A DNA stretch of 64,000 bases from an uncultured bacterium (GTDB taxonomy: Bacteria > Eisenbacteria > RBG-16-71-46 > CAZAMP01): positions 26 through 64,025 of the forward strand of contig CAZAMP010000025.1 in NCBI GenBank assembly GCA_964486455.1, given 5' to 3'. The translations under genes were made by a program, and so were the position numbers. The notes under the pieces were generated by a model. That model did not search any database and was not told where the DNA came from. It saw nothing but the letters and a program-made list of their open reading frames with translations. Positions 16,389 through 26,225 of this stretch are shown here, piece after piece. How positions within the stretch are numbered: the stretch's first letter is position 1; each line of letters opens with the position of its first letter.

Positions 16389-17322
16389 TGCGGTCCTCCT
16401 TCGTTAGGGTGGGGACTCAGGACTGCTCGAACCCCGAGCATCTCCCTTTCGGAGGAGACCGCAATATCCGCGTCAGCCTCGGCCGACGGACCAACCGGAG
16501 GCTATGCGGACGTGTCTTTCGAATGATGCCTGCTTTTCAGAACCGGAATGGCGCATTTGTGTCCGCACGGAAGGCAATTCTGCCAGTACGGGCCGTAGTT
16601 GTACTGATAGCACAGCCCGTCGTCCGGATGCAGCACGGCCTTCCCGTATAGCGACCTGCAGAGGCGGATTTCGTGCCCGGCGCAATCCAAGGCCTCCCCT
16701 TGGCCGATCCGCGGGTCGTTCATGATCCTGATTCCACCATGACTGCCTGGATACATGGTGAAGAAGCCTACTCTCGTGAGACCGTCATAGTTCTCGGTCA
16801 CCGTGTAGCAGCCGTCGTACCACGTCACGGCGTTCCCGGTCCCGGACTCGGGCCAGACACCGTCGACGTCGTCCTGCGGGATCTCAGAACCTCCCGTACA
16901 GAGGGTCCAGACCCAAACTTCCACCGTCGGCTCGTACTGAATACCGAACTGAAGCCCGCCAATACCGCCGTGCTCCCCGTCTACGTCCGGCACGCCGCCG
17001 ACCAGGATCCAAGTGAAGATCGGTGTCGAGCGCGCAGTCACTGCAAGCATACACAAGGTCACGGTGACGGTCAGGCGGGGGGTTCGATCCGGATGCAGCG
17101 TGTCTTTCAGCGTCGCAAAAGCTAACGCGTTTTATTACAATAGATTAATTCGGGTTCAGCGATCGCTGATCAGAGGGAGCCCGGTCGGCGGCCCCTCACC
17201 GTTCCCGGCAGCCCGGCGTCGTGGCGGCTTGTCACCCGGCGGACCGGTCTGCTACCGTCATGCGCCCGCTGTTCAACCTGCGGGCACGGTAAGAAACCCA
17301 CCGAACGGGGAGGATGGGCGCG

Positions 17323-18492
17323 ATGGGCACTAAGCTCCGCATCGGCGTATTAACGGGTGGCGGGGATGTTCCCGGTCTCAATTCGTGTATACGTGCGCTC
17401 ACGTATCGGGCCATCGATGACGGCCACGAGATCATCGGCATCCGCCAGGGATGGGAAGGGCTCGTGCGCCTCCAGCCCGGCGATCCCGAATCGGAGAAGG
17501 AATGGCTGCAACCCGTTAGCAAGGAGAAGGTCAGAACGGTCGATCGATTCGGCGGCACCTTCCTTCATACCTCCCGGACCAACCCCATTCGAGTCAAGCG
17601 GAGTGATCTGCCCGATCACCTGAAGAGCCATCACGCGGGAGGGGACCCATCGGAAACCGTGGACGTGACGAACGACGTGCTGCGGACTCTGGAAGCCCTC
17701 GAGCTCGATTTTCTCGTCGTGATCGGCGGCGACGACACGCTATCGGTGGCCGTTCGTCTCGATTGGGAAGGCTTTCCCATCGTTTCGGTGCCGAAGACCA
17801 TGGACAACGACGTGAACGGCACCGACTACTGCATCGGCTTCTCGACCGCCGTCACGCGAAGCGTCAACTTCATCACCGACCTCCGGACACCGGCCGGATC
17901 GCATGAGCGGATCGCGGTTGTCGAGCTGTTCGGACGCTACTGCGGTGAGACCGCTCTGGTCACCGGCTACCTCGCCAGCGTCGACAGAACGCTCATCGCG
18001 GAAGTGCCGTTCGACATGCACAAGCTCGCCGACATGCTGGTAAGCGACAAGATGAGCAACCCGAGCCGCTACGCCATACTCGTCATGAGCGAGGGCGCCA
18101 AGATCGAGGGCGGCGAGATGGTAATCGGCGGCGAACAAGACGCGTTCGGACATCAGAAGCTGGGCGGCATCGGGGACCGGGTCGGCGCCGAGATCAAGCG
18201 GCTGACCGGACACCATGTTCTGGTCCAGCGCCTCGCTTACCTCATGCGAAGCGGCCCACCCGACTCACTCGACCGCCTCGTGTCGTACAACTACGGCAAT
18301 CTCGCCTACGAACTGATCACCGACGGCCGGAAGGGAGAGATGGTAGCGCTGCAAAACGGATGCTACACGACGGTGCGGGTCAAGACCGCCACGAACGGCA
18401 AGCGCCAGGTGAACGTCCCGGCCTTCTATGACACCGCGACCTACAGGCCGAAGATCTCCGTGATCCGGGGCAAACCGATGTTCCTGTACTAA
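17323..18492 (+). CDS. pfkA: 6-phosphofructokinase, PPi-type motifs
   Basis: TGGGDVPGLN, GGTFLHTSR, GGDDT, PKTMDND. Confidence 0.92.
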   Translation: MGTKLRIGVLTGGGDVPGLNSCIRALTYRAIDDGHEIIGIRQGWEGLVRLQPGDPESEKEWLQPVSKEKVRTVDRFGGTFLHTSRTNPIRVKRSDLPDHLKSHHAGGDPSETVDVTNDVLRTLEALELDFLVVIGGDDTLSVAVRLDWEGFPIVSVPKTMDNDVNGTDYCIGFSTAVTRSVNFITDLRTPAGSHERIAVVELFGRYCGETALVTGYLASVDRTLIAEVPFDMHKLADMLVSDKMSNPSRYAILVMSEGAKIEGGEMVIGGEQDAFGHQKLGGIGDRVGAEIKRLTGHHVLVQRLAYLMRSGPPDSLDRLVSYNYGNLAYELITDGRKGEMVALQNGCYTTVRVKTATNGKRQVNVPAFYDTATYRPKISVIRGKPMFLY

Positions 18493-18510
18493 TCGAGGGG
18501 AAATCGCTCT

Positions 18511-19287
18511 ATGTATCGAATCACTATGCACGACAAGATCGCCGTCATCATGGGCGTCGCGAACAAGCGGAGCCTCGCGTGGGGCATCGCGGACGGGCTC
18601 CATGAAGCGGGCGCACGGATCGCGTTCACGTACATCGGGCACAAGTTCGGATCCAACGTACGCCAGCTGGGATCGAGCTTCCGGGGCGCGCGCTTCTATG
18701 AGTGCAACGTGATGAATGACGATCAGATCAGCGACACCTTCGAGAAGATCGGGCACGAGCTGGGACAAATCGACATTCTCGTCCACAGCATCGCCTTCTC
18801 ACCGCGAGAGGAGCTGGGCGGACGATTCATCAACACGACTCGCGACGGCTATCGAATGGCGATGGAGATCAGCGCGTTCTCGTTGATCAGGGTGGCGCAC
18901 GCCGCCTACCCGCTGATGAGGGATGAGGGCGGATCGATCGTGGCCATGACGTACGGCGCCTCGCAACGCGTCGTCCCGGCGTACAACGTGATGGGCGGGG
19001 CCAAGGCCTCGCTCGAACATCACGTACGGCAGCTCGCGGCCGAGCTCGGACCTCACCACATTCGCGTCAACGCGATATCGGCGGGCCCCGTCAGCACGCT
19101 GAGCGCACGCGGCGTGAAGGGTTTTCCAGACATGCTGAAGCACCACCGCGCCAAGGCGCCGCTCAGGCGAAACATAACGCAGACCGACATCGGCAAGGCG
19201 GGGGTGTTTCTCTGCAGCGATCTCTCCAGCGGAGTGACCGGAGAGGTTCTGCACGTAGACGGCGGATACAACATAATGGGGATGTAG
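18511..19287 (+). CDS. fabI: Enoyl-ACP reductase
   Basis: GVANKRSLAWGIA, HSIAF, YNVMGGAK, SAGP. Confidence 0.93.
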   Translation: MYRITMHDKIAVIMGVANKRSLAWGIADGLHEAGARIAFTYIGHKFGSNVRQLGSSFRGARFYECNVMNDDQISDTFEKIGHELGQIDILVHSIAFSPREELGGRFINTTRDGYRMAMEISAFSLIRVAHAAYPLMRDEGGSIVAMTYGASQRVVPAYNVMGGAKASLEHHVRQLAAELGPHHIRVNAISAGPVSTLSARGVKGFPDMLKHHRAKAPLRRNITQTDIGKAGVFLCSDLSSGVTGEVLHVDGGYNIMGM

Positions 19288-19291
19288 TCTG

Positions 19292-21544
19292 ATGGACTTC
19301 GCCTGGACCCTTTCGAACGAAGCCGTTCTGAAGATCGACGCGTTTCTGTCCCTCGCGGTGGTCGAGGGCCGAAAGCAGCTCTACGAGCACGAAATCTACG
19401 AGATCATTCGTGTCCTGGGGATCCGCACGCCGATGTATCGGTTCGTGAGGTGCCCCGACGAGATCGACGACGAGCTGCTCCGACAATTCCGATCGCAGAA
19501 CCTCATCATGAAAATCATCTCGGATGGAATTCCCCACAAGGCAAAGGTGGGTGGGGTCCGGACGATCGTCAAGAATACGAGCTTCGCGCGCTACATGGCC
19601 GGCCGGATGATCGAGGAAGTCCCCAATCATCCCGCGTTCAAGACACCGCCAAAGATCGCCGGTCTGCTGATCGCGGAGTACGTCGAGTACACCCGCGACC
19701 TCGGCAACGAGCTGTTGATCGCGACCCGCGAGAACCTCGCGTTCGGCCCGGTGCTCTCGTTCACGAAGGGGGGATCGGACGCCGAGCACTTCGCCAAGCA
19801 CTACTCCCCACCCAACCTCGCCTTGGCCCCGATTCCTTACGAGCAGTGCCGCGCGCTTCTCGAAGGCACCATGATCAGCCAGAAGTACAGCGAAGAGGGA
19901 CACGAGGAGTACGTCGGTCAGCTCGCGGAGATTTTGTTCAAGTTCAGCCAGCTGGCGACCCACTATTCGAGCTTCAGCACGCTGCGGCCCCGGTTCATTC
20001 TGACCGAGCTGGAGATCAATCCGTTCGTGTTCGACGTGACCGGTAGGCTGATTGCGCTGGACGGTCTCGGAAGCGTCGCGCCGGCCGACCACACCGTAGG
20101 CGACTGCCCGGCACCCAACGTATCGAATCTGGAGGGCTTCTTCCGTCCTGAGGGCGTCGCGGTCATCGGCGTGTCCAGCAGCGATTCCGGCAAGGCCGGA
20201 AACATCATCGCAACGCTCCTCCATAGCCTCGGCCGGAAGGATCTCTATCTCGTAAACCCGAAGGGCGGTGAGGCCGCGGTCAACGGCGATACTTACAAGC
20301 TCTTCAGCTCGGTAACGAAGATCCCGGACCCGGTCGACCTGGTTGTGGTGACCGTCCCGGCGCCGCGCACCCCGGCCGTCGTCGCGGAGGCGAAGGAGAA
20401 GGGGGCCCGCGCTATCGTGCTGATCCCCGGAGGTTTCAGCGAGGTCCACGGCGAAGCGACTCTCGAAAAACAGATCGCCGACATCGTTCGCGATACGGAC
20501 ATCCGCGTCGTCGGGCCGAACTGCCTCGGCGTGTTCCATGCCGCCGAGAAGAACCTGCCTGGCGTGAACACGATCTTCATCCCGGAAGAGAAGCTGCAGA
20601 TGATCCCGCAGGAGGATGCGGGCGTCGCGCTGGTGTCGCAGAGCGGCGCCGCCAGCATCACGATTCTCGACAAGCTCCGTCACGCGATCTACCCCCACTC
20701 CATCGTGAGCTACGGAAACCAGATGGACGTTGATCCTGCCGACCTCGTCGCCTACTTCGATCGCGAGCCGGCCATCAACGTGATCGCCGCCTACATCGAA
20801 GGGTTCAAGGTTTGTGATGGTCGCAAGTTTTTCGACACGGCCAAGAGCGTGATCACACCCGTCATCGTCTACAAGGCCGGGCGGACGGACGCGGGCGCGC
20901 GGGCCGCGGCGTCGCACACCGCCGCGATGGCCGGCGACTACGCGGTCGCGAAGGCCGCGTTGGAGCAGGCGGGCGCGATCGTGGCGGACACGCTTCTCGA
21001 TCTGAAAGACCTGGTGAAGACGTTCGCGCTTCTGAGCGGACGCCATCCGCGAGGGCGTCGCGTGGCCGGGATCGTGAACGCGGGATTCGAGAGCACATAC
21101 GCGGCGGACTCACTGGATCGTCTCGAGACCGCGGACTATTCCGACGAGACGGTGCAGACCCTCAAGGAGATTCTGCCGCCCATCGTGGGCATCAATCCGT
21201 TTCTCGATCTCACACCCATGGCTGACGATGCGCTCTTCGAGCGCTGCGTCGAACTCGCCTTGGACGATCCGAATGTCGACTCGGTCTTCATCTCGATCGT
21301 GCCGCACACACCCATGCTTCACACCACCGTCGAAGAGATCGAGAAGGACACCGACAACATCGCGAGCCGCATCATCCGACAGCACGAGCGGCACAATAAG
21401 CCGATCGTCGTCTCGGTCAACGCGGGGACGATGTACAACGCGCTGGTGGACTTCCTGGAAAAGGGCGGGATCCCGACGTACTCGACGGCCGAGCGTGCGA
21501 TGCGTTGCCTGAACTCGCTCGCGGACCACTATCTCGGACGCTGA
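19292..21544 (+). CDS. ADP-forming acyl-CoA synthetase, beta-alpha domain order
   Basis: N-terminal ATP-grasp (HK..VGGV, ELEINP), then CoA-binding domain (GPNCLG, SQSG, KAGRT..AAASHT). Confidence 0.88.
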   Translation: MDFAWTLSNEAVLKIDAFLSLAVVEGRKQLYEHEIYEIIRVLGIRTPMYRFVRCPDEIDDELLRQFRSQNLIMKIISDGIPHKAKVGGVRTIVKNTSFARYMAGRMIEEVPNHPAFKTPPKIAGLLIAEYVEYTRDLGNELLIATRENLAFGPVLSFTKGGSDAEHFAKHYSPPNLALAPIPYEQCRALLEGTMISQKYSEEGHEEYVGQLAEILFKFSQLATHYSSFSTLRPRFILTELEINPFVFDVTGRLIALDGLGSVAPADHTVGDCPAPNVSNLEGFFRPEGVAVIGVSSSDSGKAGNIIATLLHSLGRKDLYLVNPKGGEAAVNGDTYKLFSSVTKIPDPVDLVVVTVPAPRTPAVVAEAKEKGARAIVLIPGGFSEVHGEATLEKQIADIVRDTDIRVVGPNCLGVFHAAEKNLPGVNTIFIPEEKLQMIPQEDAGVALVSQSGAASITILDKLRHAIYPHSIVSYGNQMDVDPADLVAYFDREPAINVIAAYIEGFKVCDGRKFFDTAKSVITPVIVYKAGRTDAGARAAASHTAAMAGDYAVAKAALEQAGAIVADTLLDLKDLVKTFALLSGRHPRGRRVAGIVNAGFESTYAADSLDRLETADYSDETVQTLKEILPPIVGINPFLDLTPMADDALFERCVELALDDPNVDSVFISIVPHTPMLHTTVEEIEKDTDNIASRIIRQHERHNKPIVVSVNAGTMYNALVDFLEKGGIPTYSTAERAMRCLNSLADHYLGR

Positions 21545-21572
21545 CCGGTCTCACCAAAGAACGGGAGCCACT

Positions 21573-22679
21573 GTGTCTGACGAGCGCCTCACGGAATACC
21601 GCGCCCGCCTGGAGGAGATCGATCGCGAGGTCATTCGTCTCATCTCCGAACGGGTGCGAATAGCCAAGAACATCGGCCTGACCAAGACTGAGAATGGATC
21701 TCCCATTCGGGACTACCGCATGGAGAAGCGGGTCATCGATCGGGCGCGACGATTCTGCGACGAGAGCGGCGTCGATCGCGAGATCGGGGAACAGATCGCG
21801 ACGATCCTCATATCGGGCGCCGTGCGCGCGCAGGAGCACATTCATCAGAGCCGCTACGAGGGTGAGCTCCATCGCATCTTGATCGTCGGCGGCGCGGGCA
21901 AGATGGGACGCTGGCTCGCGAACATTCTTCACGCTCAAGGCCATCGGGTGACCGTCTTCGATCCGTCACCGGCAGCGTCCGACTTCGAGCAGGCGACGAC
22001 TCTGGCGGAGGGTGCGCGGGGCGCGAAGCTCATCGTGCTGGCCACCCCGCTCGAATCGAGCGAGGCCGTCTACGAGGAGATCCTGCATCTCGAGCCGACC
22101 GGTGTGATCGCGGATGTGTTCTCCGTGAAAAGCCAGGTGACGCCTCTGATCGAGCGGGGGGTTCGGGACGGTCGACGAATCGTCTCGCTACACCCGATGT
22201 TCGGTCCTGACGTCTATCTCTTGAGCGGCCGTACTCTGTTGATTTGCGACTGCGGAAGCGCGGGCACGGCCCACTTCATTCGCGACCTGTTCGAGGGGAC
22301 GGCGCTGACGCTGATGGATGTTCCGCTCGCGAGACACGATGAGATCATCGCCTACGTTCTCGGCCTGGGTCACGCGATCAACCTGCTCTTTGCGCGTTGT
22401 CTCTGTGACAGCGGGCGAAGCCCCGAGGAAATCGTCGGCGTGTCCAGCACCACGTTCGAGAAGCAGCTCCGCGCGTCACGGGAAGTGTGCTCGGAGAACC
22501 CTCGTTTGTACTTCGACATCCAGAACATGAACCCGCTCTCCCCCATGGTTTTCGATGTGATGGAGAACGCGCTGGATCATCTCCGCAGCGCGGCGCTCGA
22601 TCCTGATCCATCGGCGTTCGAGCGGATCATGACCGACGGGGATCGCTGGTTCGGGGCCGTGATGAAGGGCGAGGGTTAG
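21573..22679 (+). CDS. tyrA: Chorismate mutase/prephenate dehydrogenase
   Basis: N-terminal AroQ helix; GGAGKMG, HPMFGP, HDEIIA. Confidence 0.88.
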   Translation: MSDERLTEYRARLEEIDREVIRLISERVRIAKNIGLTKTENGSPIRDYRMEKRVIDRARRFCDESGVDREIGEQIATILISGAVRAQEHIHQSRYEGELHRILIVGGAGKMGRWLANILHAQGHRVTVFDPSPAASDFEQATTLAEGARGAKLIVLATPLESSEAVYEEILHLEPTGVIADVFSVKSQVTPLIERGVRDGRRIVSLHPMFGPDVYLLSGRTLLICDCGSAGTAHFIRDLFEGTALTLMDVPLARHDEIIAYVLGLGHAINLLFARCLCDSGRSPEEIVGVSSTTFEKQLRASREVCSENPRLYFDIQNMNPLSPMVFDVMENALDHLRSAALDPDPSAFERIMTDGDRWFGAVMKGEG

Positions 22680-23578
22680 CGGCAGGTGGCCGTCGAGTCG
22701 TAGACCGTCTCTTCGAAGAACTGCACGGGCATATCCGAGCGCGGGAGCTTTGCGATCGCGAACGGTCGCACGTCACGCGCGCACTCAAGCGGCACGTTGT
22801 GGCGGGTATATCTGGCCTTGAGCGAGCCGTTTCGCTCGTAGGCGACGTCGTCGAACGAGATGGAGACTGTGGTGCCCGGCCATAAGTCCTGCACGAGGTT
22901 GTCGCCGATGAAGGCGCAGACCAGCATCTCGCTCGAGAAGTCGATCGGCGGGAGCACCGAGATCTCCACGGAGCCTATCCGCCAGAGAAGGTCGAGAAGC
23001 GCATCCTCGCTCTTGACCGCGAAGTAGCTGCCCTCGTTGATGCGGGTCGACGTTCCGTCCACGAAGGGAGACACGGGCAGAGGCAGGCCCTCGCCGTACC
23101 ACTCCATGAGCATCTGGAGCCGCGCGAAGAGATCTTCGATCTCGAGCGGGACCTCCGCATCGCCATAGCGGACGATCTGATGGTTGGTGCCCGCGACTTG
23201 ATACGAGATCGACTGCTTGTCCAGAGTCCCCTCTCCGAAACTTCCGGGTTGTTGGAAGAATCCCGACTCATTGAAACGCTGCAGGAGCTGAATCAACTCG
23301 ATGTCCGAAAGGAACCCTTTGGTGCTCGTGAGCGTCGATTCCTGCTCGACGTCAAAGACGGTGTAGTGCATGTCACCGTCAGTGAAAACGCTGAGCGTTT
23401 CGTTGATGTCGCTCGGATCGTCAGTCGTACGCTGGAAGTAGTGTATGAAATCGAAACCCAGCGCCTCACCCGGCGTCACTTCTTCTTCAGGCGTGAGAAA
23501 GACCTGTCCCGTGCAACCCATGACGAAGATGAGCACGAGAATGGAGAGTGGAACGGATGCCCGTCGAATGGACAACAT
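22676..23578 (-). CDS. Hypothetical lipoprotein
   Basis: Lipobox FVMGC; RBS GGAGG. Confidence 0.7.
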   Translation of the reverse strand: MLSIRRASVPLSILVLIFVMGCTGQVFLTPEEEVTPGEALGFDFIHYFQRTTDDPSDINETLSVFTDGDMHYTVFDVEQESTLTSTKGFLSDIELIQLLQRFNESGFFQQPGSFGEGTLDKQSISYQVAGTNHQIVRYGDAEVPLEIEDLFARLQMLMEWYGEGLPLPVSPFVDGTSTRINEGSYFAVKSEDALLDLLWRIGSVEISVLPPIDFSSEMLVCAFIGDNLVQDLWPGTTVSISFDDVAYERNGSLKARYTRHNVPLECARDVRPFAIAKLPRSDMPVQFFEETVYDSTATCR

Positions 23579-23926
23579 GGAGCCTCCGAAGAAGATAAAC
23601 CACCTGACGCCGCCCCGCCGTCTCTGCCCCCAGATGCTGTGTTCTATCGAAGTGGTTGTCAGCGGCTAAACTCGTTGTCTCCAGCTGGAGTCTGATCGCG
23701 GCGCCGTTCGCCACCCTGCCTAAACCCAACCTCCCGAAGGGGTCAATTCCGAGAGGCCGGCAGTTCTAGCGGCGACCGCCGCGCTTCCCTCCGATCACCG
23801 GTATCGTGGCGGAGGCTGACCGCTGATCGACGACGATCGGAGCGGAAACGCGACGGCTTTCAAGCCCAGACGGCCAGATCTCCAAACGCCGAAGCGGCGT
23901 CCGGGTCTATTCCACTCAGGACTTAA

Positions 23927-23942
23927 TGCAAGAACCAGGCCG
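23927..23942 (-). promoter_or_regulatory. Possible sigma54 promoter
   Basis: CGGCCTGGTTCTTGCA (GG-N10-GC), downstream of the NtrC-type cluster. Confidence 0.4.
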
Positions 23943-24168
23943 TCGATTCGCTCGATCTTACCTGTTTGCGCGGACTTGCGCGATCGGAGGTCCGCCGGAT
24001 GCGTCCTCGCCCCCACCACGGCAACATACTTGCCTACAACAGACTATGCGCCGGTACTTCCTGAAATCCTCAAAATCCATCCGGCGGAGCCGATACCGCC
24101 ACGGCCCCGGATCGAGATAACCCTCAGAAACCCATGCAAGCGTACTCAGAATTCTGAGGCTTTCGGGA

Positions 24169-25239
24169 TCAGAATCGCCACTCGAGATGCGTCTCGGTGA
24201 CGAGCTTTGTGTAGCGCCGATCCCGGAAGACGGACTCGTTGTGATGCCAACCCAGCCTGAGCTTGAGCAACAGATCGGGCTGGATCGTGTGCCCCACCTC
24301 CGCGACGATCGCGTCGTTGTCCTCACGCTCGGAGTCGAAGTTCACCACGCCGAACGCGTCGAGATCTCCCTCATAGTCCCTGAGATCCAAGCGGGCCAAG
24401 AGTCGAATCGATGTCGTCCGCGTAAGGCGGTCCCCGAACGTCGCGTCAAAACGGTGTGACGCGAAATCCCATCCGAACGTGTTCGAGTCGTTCTGAAGAT
24501 ACCGGTAACCGAACTCCAGATAGAACCCGCGCAGATACTGCAGCTCGGCACCGATGTGCCAGAACGAATCCTCTTGTTCGCTGGGAAGAACGGACACCTG
24601 TCCGTTGGTCACGCGCACCGCCCGCCGGTTGAAGTCGAGCGTGCCCGCGCCCCCCTGAAGGCGCGCGAGGAAGCGGCGGGAGAGCTGCTTGCTCAGCGCG
24701 CCGTCCCCACGGAAGCCGGCCTGCTCCCGCCCCGTAGTGACCCTATAGTCCAGAAGCGTGCGGGCGGCCTTGACCTCACTCATCACGGAACCGATCGGGA
24801 CGCGAAGAAACGACTCGATAACCAGAGAGCCGAAGCCGCGCGTGGCGGCGGAGTCGGCGTAGTCGCGTGTCTCGAGCTGCAGCCGCACGCCGGCCGCGGT
24901 TCGATTGCGTGCCGTGTAGGAGAGATCGAAGCCCGCCTCACCCATGACACGGCTGTCGTCCTTGATATTTCGATAGCGATGCATCCCGAGTCGCCACACC
25001 GATGCGAGACGCAGGCGCTGCGCGAGGGCCGCGCGGTGACGGAGGCTGCCGAAGACCTGGAGCGCCTGGTCCGATGTTTCGTCCTCGAGACTTTCGCGAA
25101 CGTTGCTGTCATCGAGCAGACCGATCTGCACGTGCCCCTCGACGTGCTGCGCGATGGCGGCGACCCGAGCCGGCCCTGCCAACAGCGCAAGGGTCCACAT
25201 AGACGAAACGATTCCGATCGCCCATCCACGGCCCATCAT
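24169..25239 (-). CDS. Outer-membrane beta-barrel protein
   Basis: Signal peptide; DDSNV first-strand motif; amphipathic strands; ends in HLEWRF. Confidence 0.75.
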   Translation of the reverse strand: MMGRGWAIGIVSSMWTLALLAGPARVAAIAQHVEGHVQIGLLDDSNVRESLEDETSDQALQVFGSLRHRAALAQRLRLASVWRLGMHRYRNIKDDSRVMGEAGFDLSYTARNRTAAGVRLQLETRDYADSAATRGFGSLVIESFLRVPIGSVMSEVKAARTLLDYRVTTGREQAGFRGDGALSKQLSRRFLARLQGGAGTLDFNRRAVRVTNGQVSVLPSEQEDSFWHIGAELQYLRGFYLEFGYRYLQNDSNTFGWDFASHRFDATFGDRLTRTTSIRLLARLDLRDYEGDLDAFGVVNFDSEREDNDAIVAEVGHTIQPDLLLKLRLGWHHNESVFRDRRYTKLVTETHLEWRF

Positions 25240-26225
25240 CCGTCCCCCTCTCTTCGCGCCGCTTCCTCCAGCATGAGCCTGTGCTTGCCGTCCATGGCCC
25301 GGATGTCATCCCCCAGTTCGTGTTCGACCCGCTCGATTCGCACAATCAGACTATCCAAATCTTCCCACCGAGTCTCCCCGCTTTCCGACAGTTCGAGATG
25401 AGGCGCCAGATCCGCGAGCGAGGGCGGTAGCGAGATGGGTCCTTCACTTCCCGTCGACCATCCCGCGTCCCATTGACCGCCCATCGGATCAGGGCTGCTG
25501 AAGAAATCGTTCTCGGCCTCGAGTCGGCGGACTTCCTCAAGGATCTCACGGTCCTCGATGAGCTCACGCTTCCAGCTATTCAGTGCCTCGAATAGCCTGC
25601 CGAGGAGATCCCGATTGTCGGCCATCAGATCGGCCTTTTCCCTCAGACTTTCGGGGGTGTCGTCGGGCTCGATGTCGAGCTCCAGGTAGAGCAGGCGACC
25701 TCGCCGCGCAAGGCGGGCACGTATCTTCTGGCGCTCGAGAACGAGCGTCTCGAACTCTTGAAAACGCGTCACACGTGCCTGCGAATCCGCCGGCTCGCGC
25801 TCGTAGGCCTCGCGCCGGAGGTCGATCTCGGGACCCAGCGCCCGAAGGAGCTTGAGCGCGTAGAATCCGTACTCCTCCGACAGGCGCCCGCGCCGGGCCT
25901 GCAGGAAATCCAACCGCCCGGAATGCTGCTCCGACTGCCTGCGGAGCTCCGAATACCGCTGCCGATCGAGCGGACCCAGCGAGCTTTGTCGGTCGAGCCG
26001 CGAGATCTCTTCTTTGACCTCCACGGCCTGGGCGTCGACGTGGTCCCACTCCGTATCGATCGAACGCATCTCCGCATCGATGTCGGCGAGCCGGGTACGG
26101 AAGCTATCGGCCTGCGCGTAGCTCCGCGCGTACCCGCACCGGGGGAACAACGCGAGAAGACACAGCGCTCCCGAGACGATGAGCCATCCCGGAAAGCCGC
26201 GAATCTGTGTATTACGTAATCCCAT
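25236..26225 (-). CDS. Secreted coiled-coil hypothetical protein
   Basis: Signal peptide; heptad-rich; overlaps both neighbours, consistent with translational coupling. Confidence 0.7.
   Translation of the reverse strand: MGLRNTQIRGFPGWLIVSGALCLLALFPRCGYARSYAQADSFRTRLADIDAEMRSIDTEWDHVDAQAVEVKEEISRLDRQSSLGPLDRQRYSELRRQSEQHSGRLDFLQARRGRLSEEYGFYALKLLRALGPEIDLRREAYEREPADSQARVTRFQEFETLVLERQKIRARLARRGRLLYLELDIEPDDTPESLREKADLMADNRDLLGRLFEALNSWKRELIEDREILEEVRRLEAENDFFSSPDPMGGQWDAGWSTGSEGPISLPPSLADLAPHLELSESGETRWEDLDSLIVRIERVEHELGDDIRAMDGKHRLMLEEAARREGDG

Larger units (their letters stand above)
14958..16531 (-). mobile_element. IS110-family insertion sequence, complete
   Basis: CT core at both junctions (14958-59 and 16530-31); removing the element restores the frame PVLKSSWGAIKATYR*; contains a DEDD transposase, ~140 bp 5' NCR and ~385 bp 3' NCR. 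Confidence 0.9.
14927..17062 (-). pseudogene. Cys-containing secreted-type protein interrupted by IS110 in its C-terminal SWGAIKATY motif
   Basis: Body at 16532-17062, tail at 14927-14959; no good start or signal peptide upstream, so probably also 5' eroded. Confidence 0.75.

Noticed and set aside
17120-17150. AT-rich semi-palindrome (similar patches near 55800 and 61870) as dif/Xer sites
   Set aside because: Poor match to dif; at most IHF-like or promoter elements.
19163-21046. 627-aa minus-strand ORF (similar cases at 27828-29249, 42680-44230 and 58844-60346)
   Set aside because: Antisense shadows of clear genes; expected from high-GC codon bias.
23770-23860. SRP RNA, RNase P RNA or tmRNA
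   Set aside because: Their diagnostic motifs were not seen.
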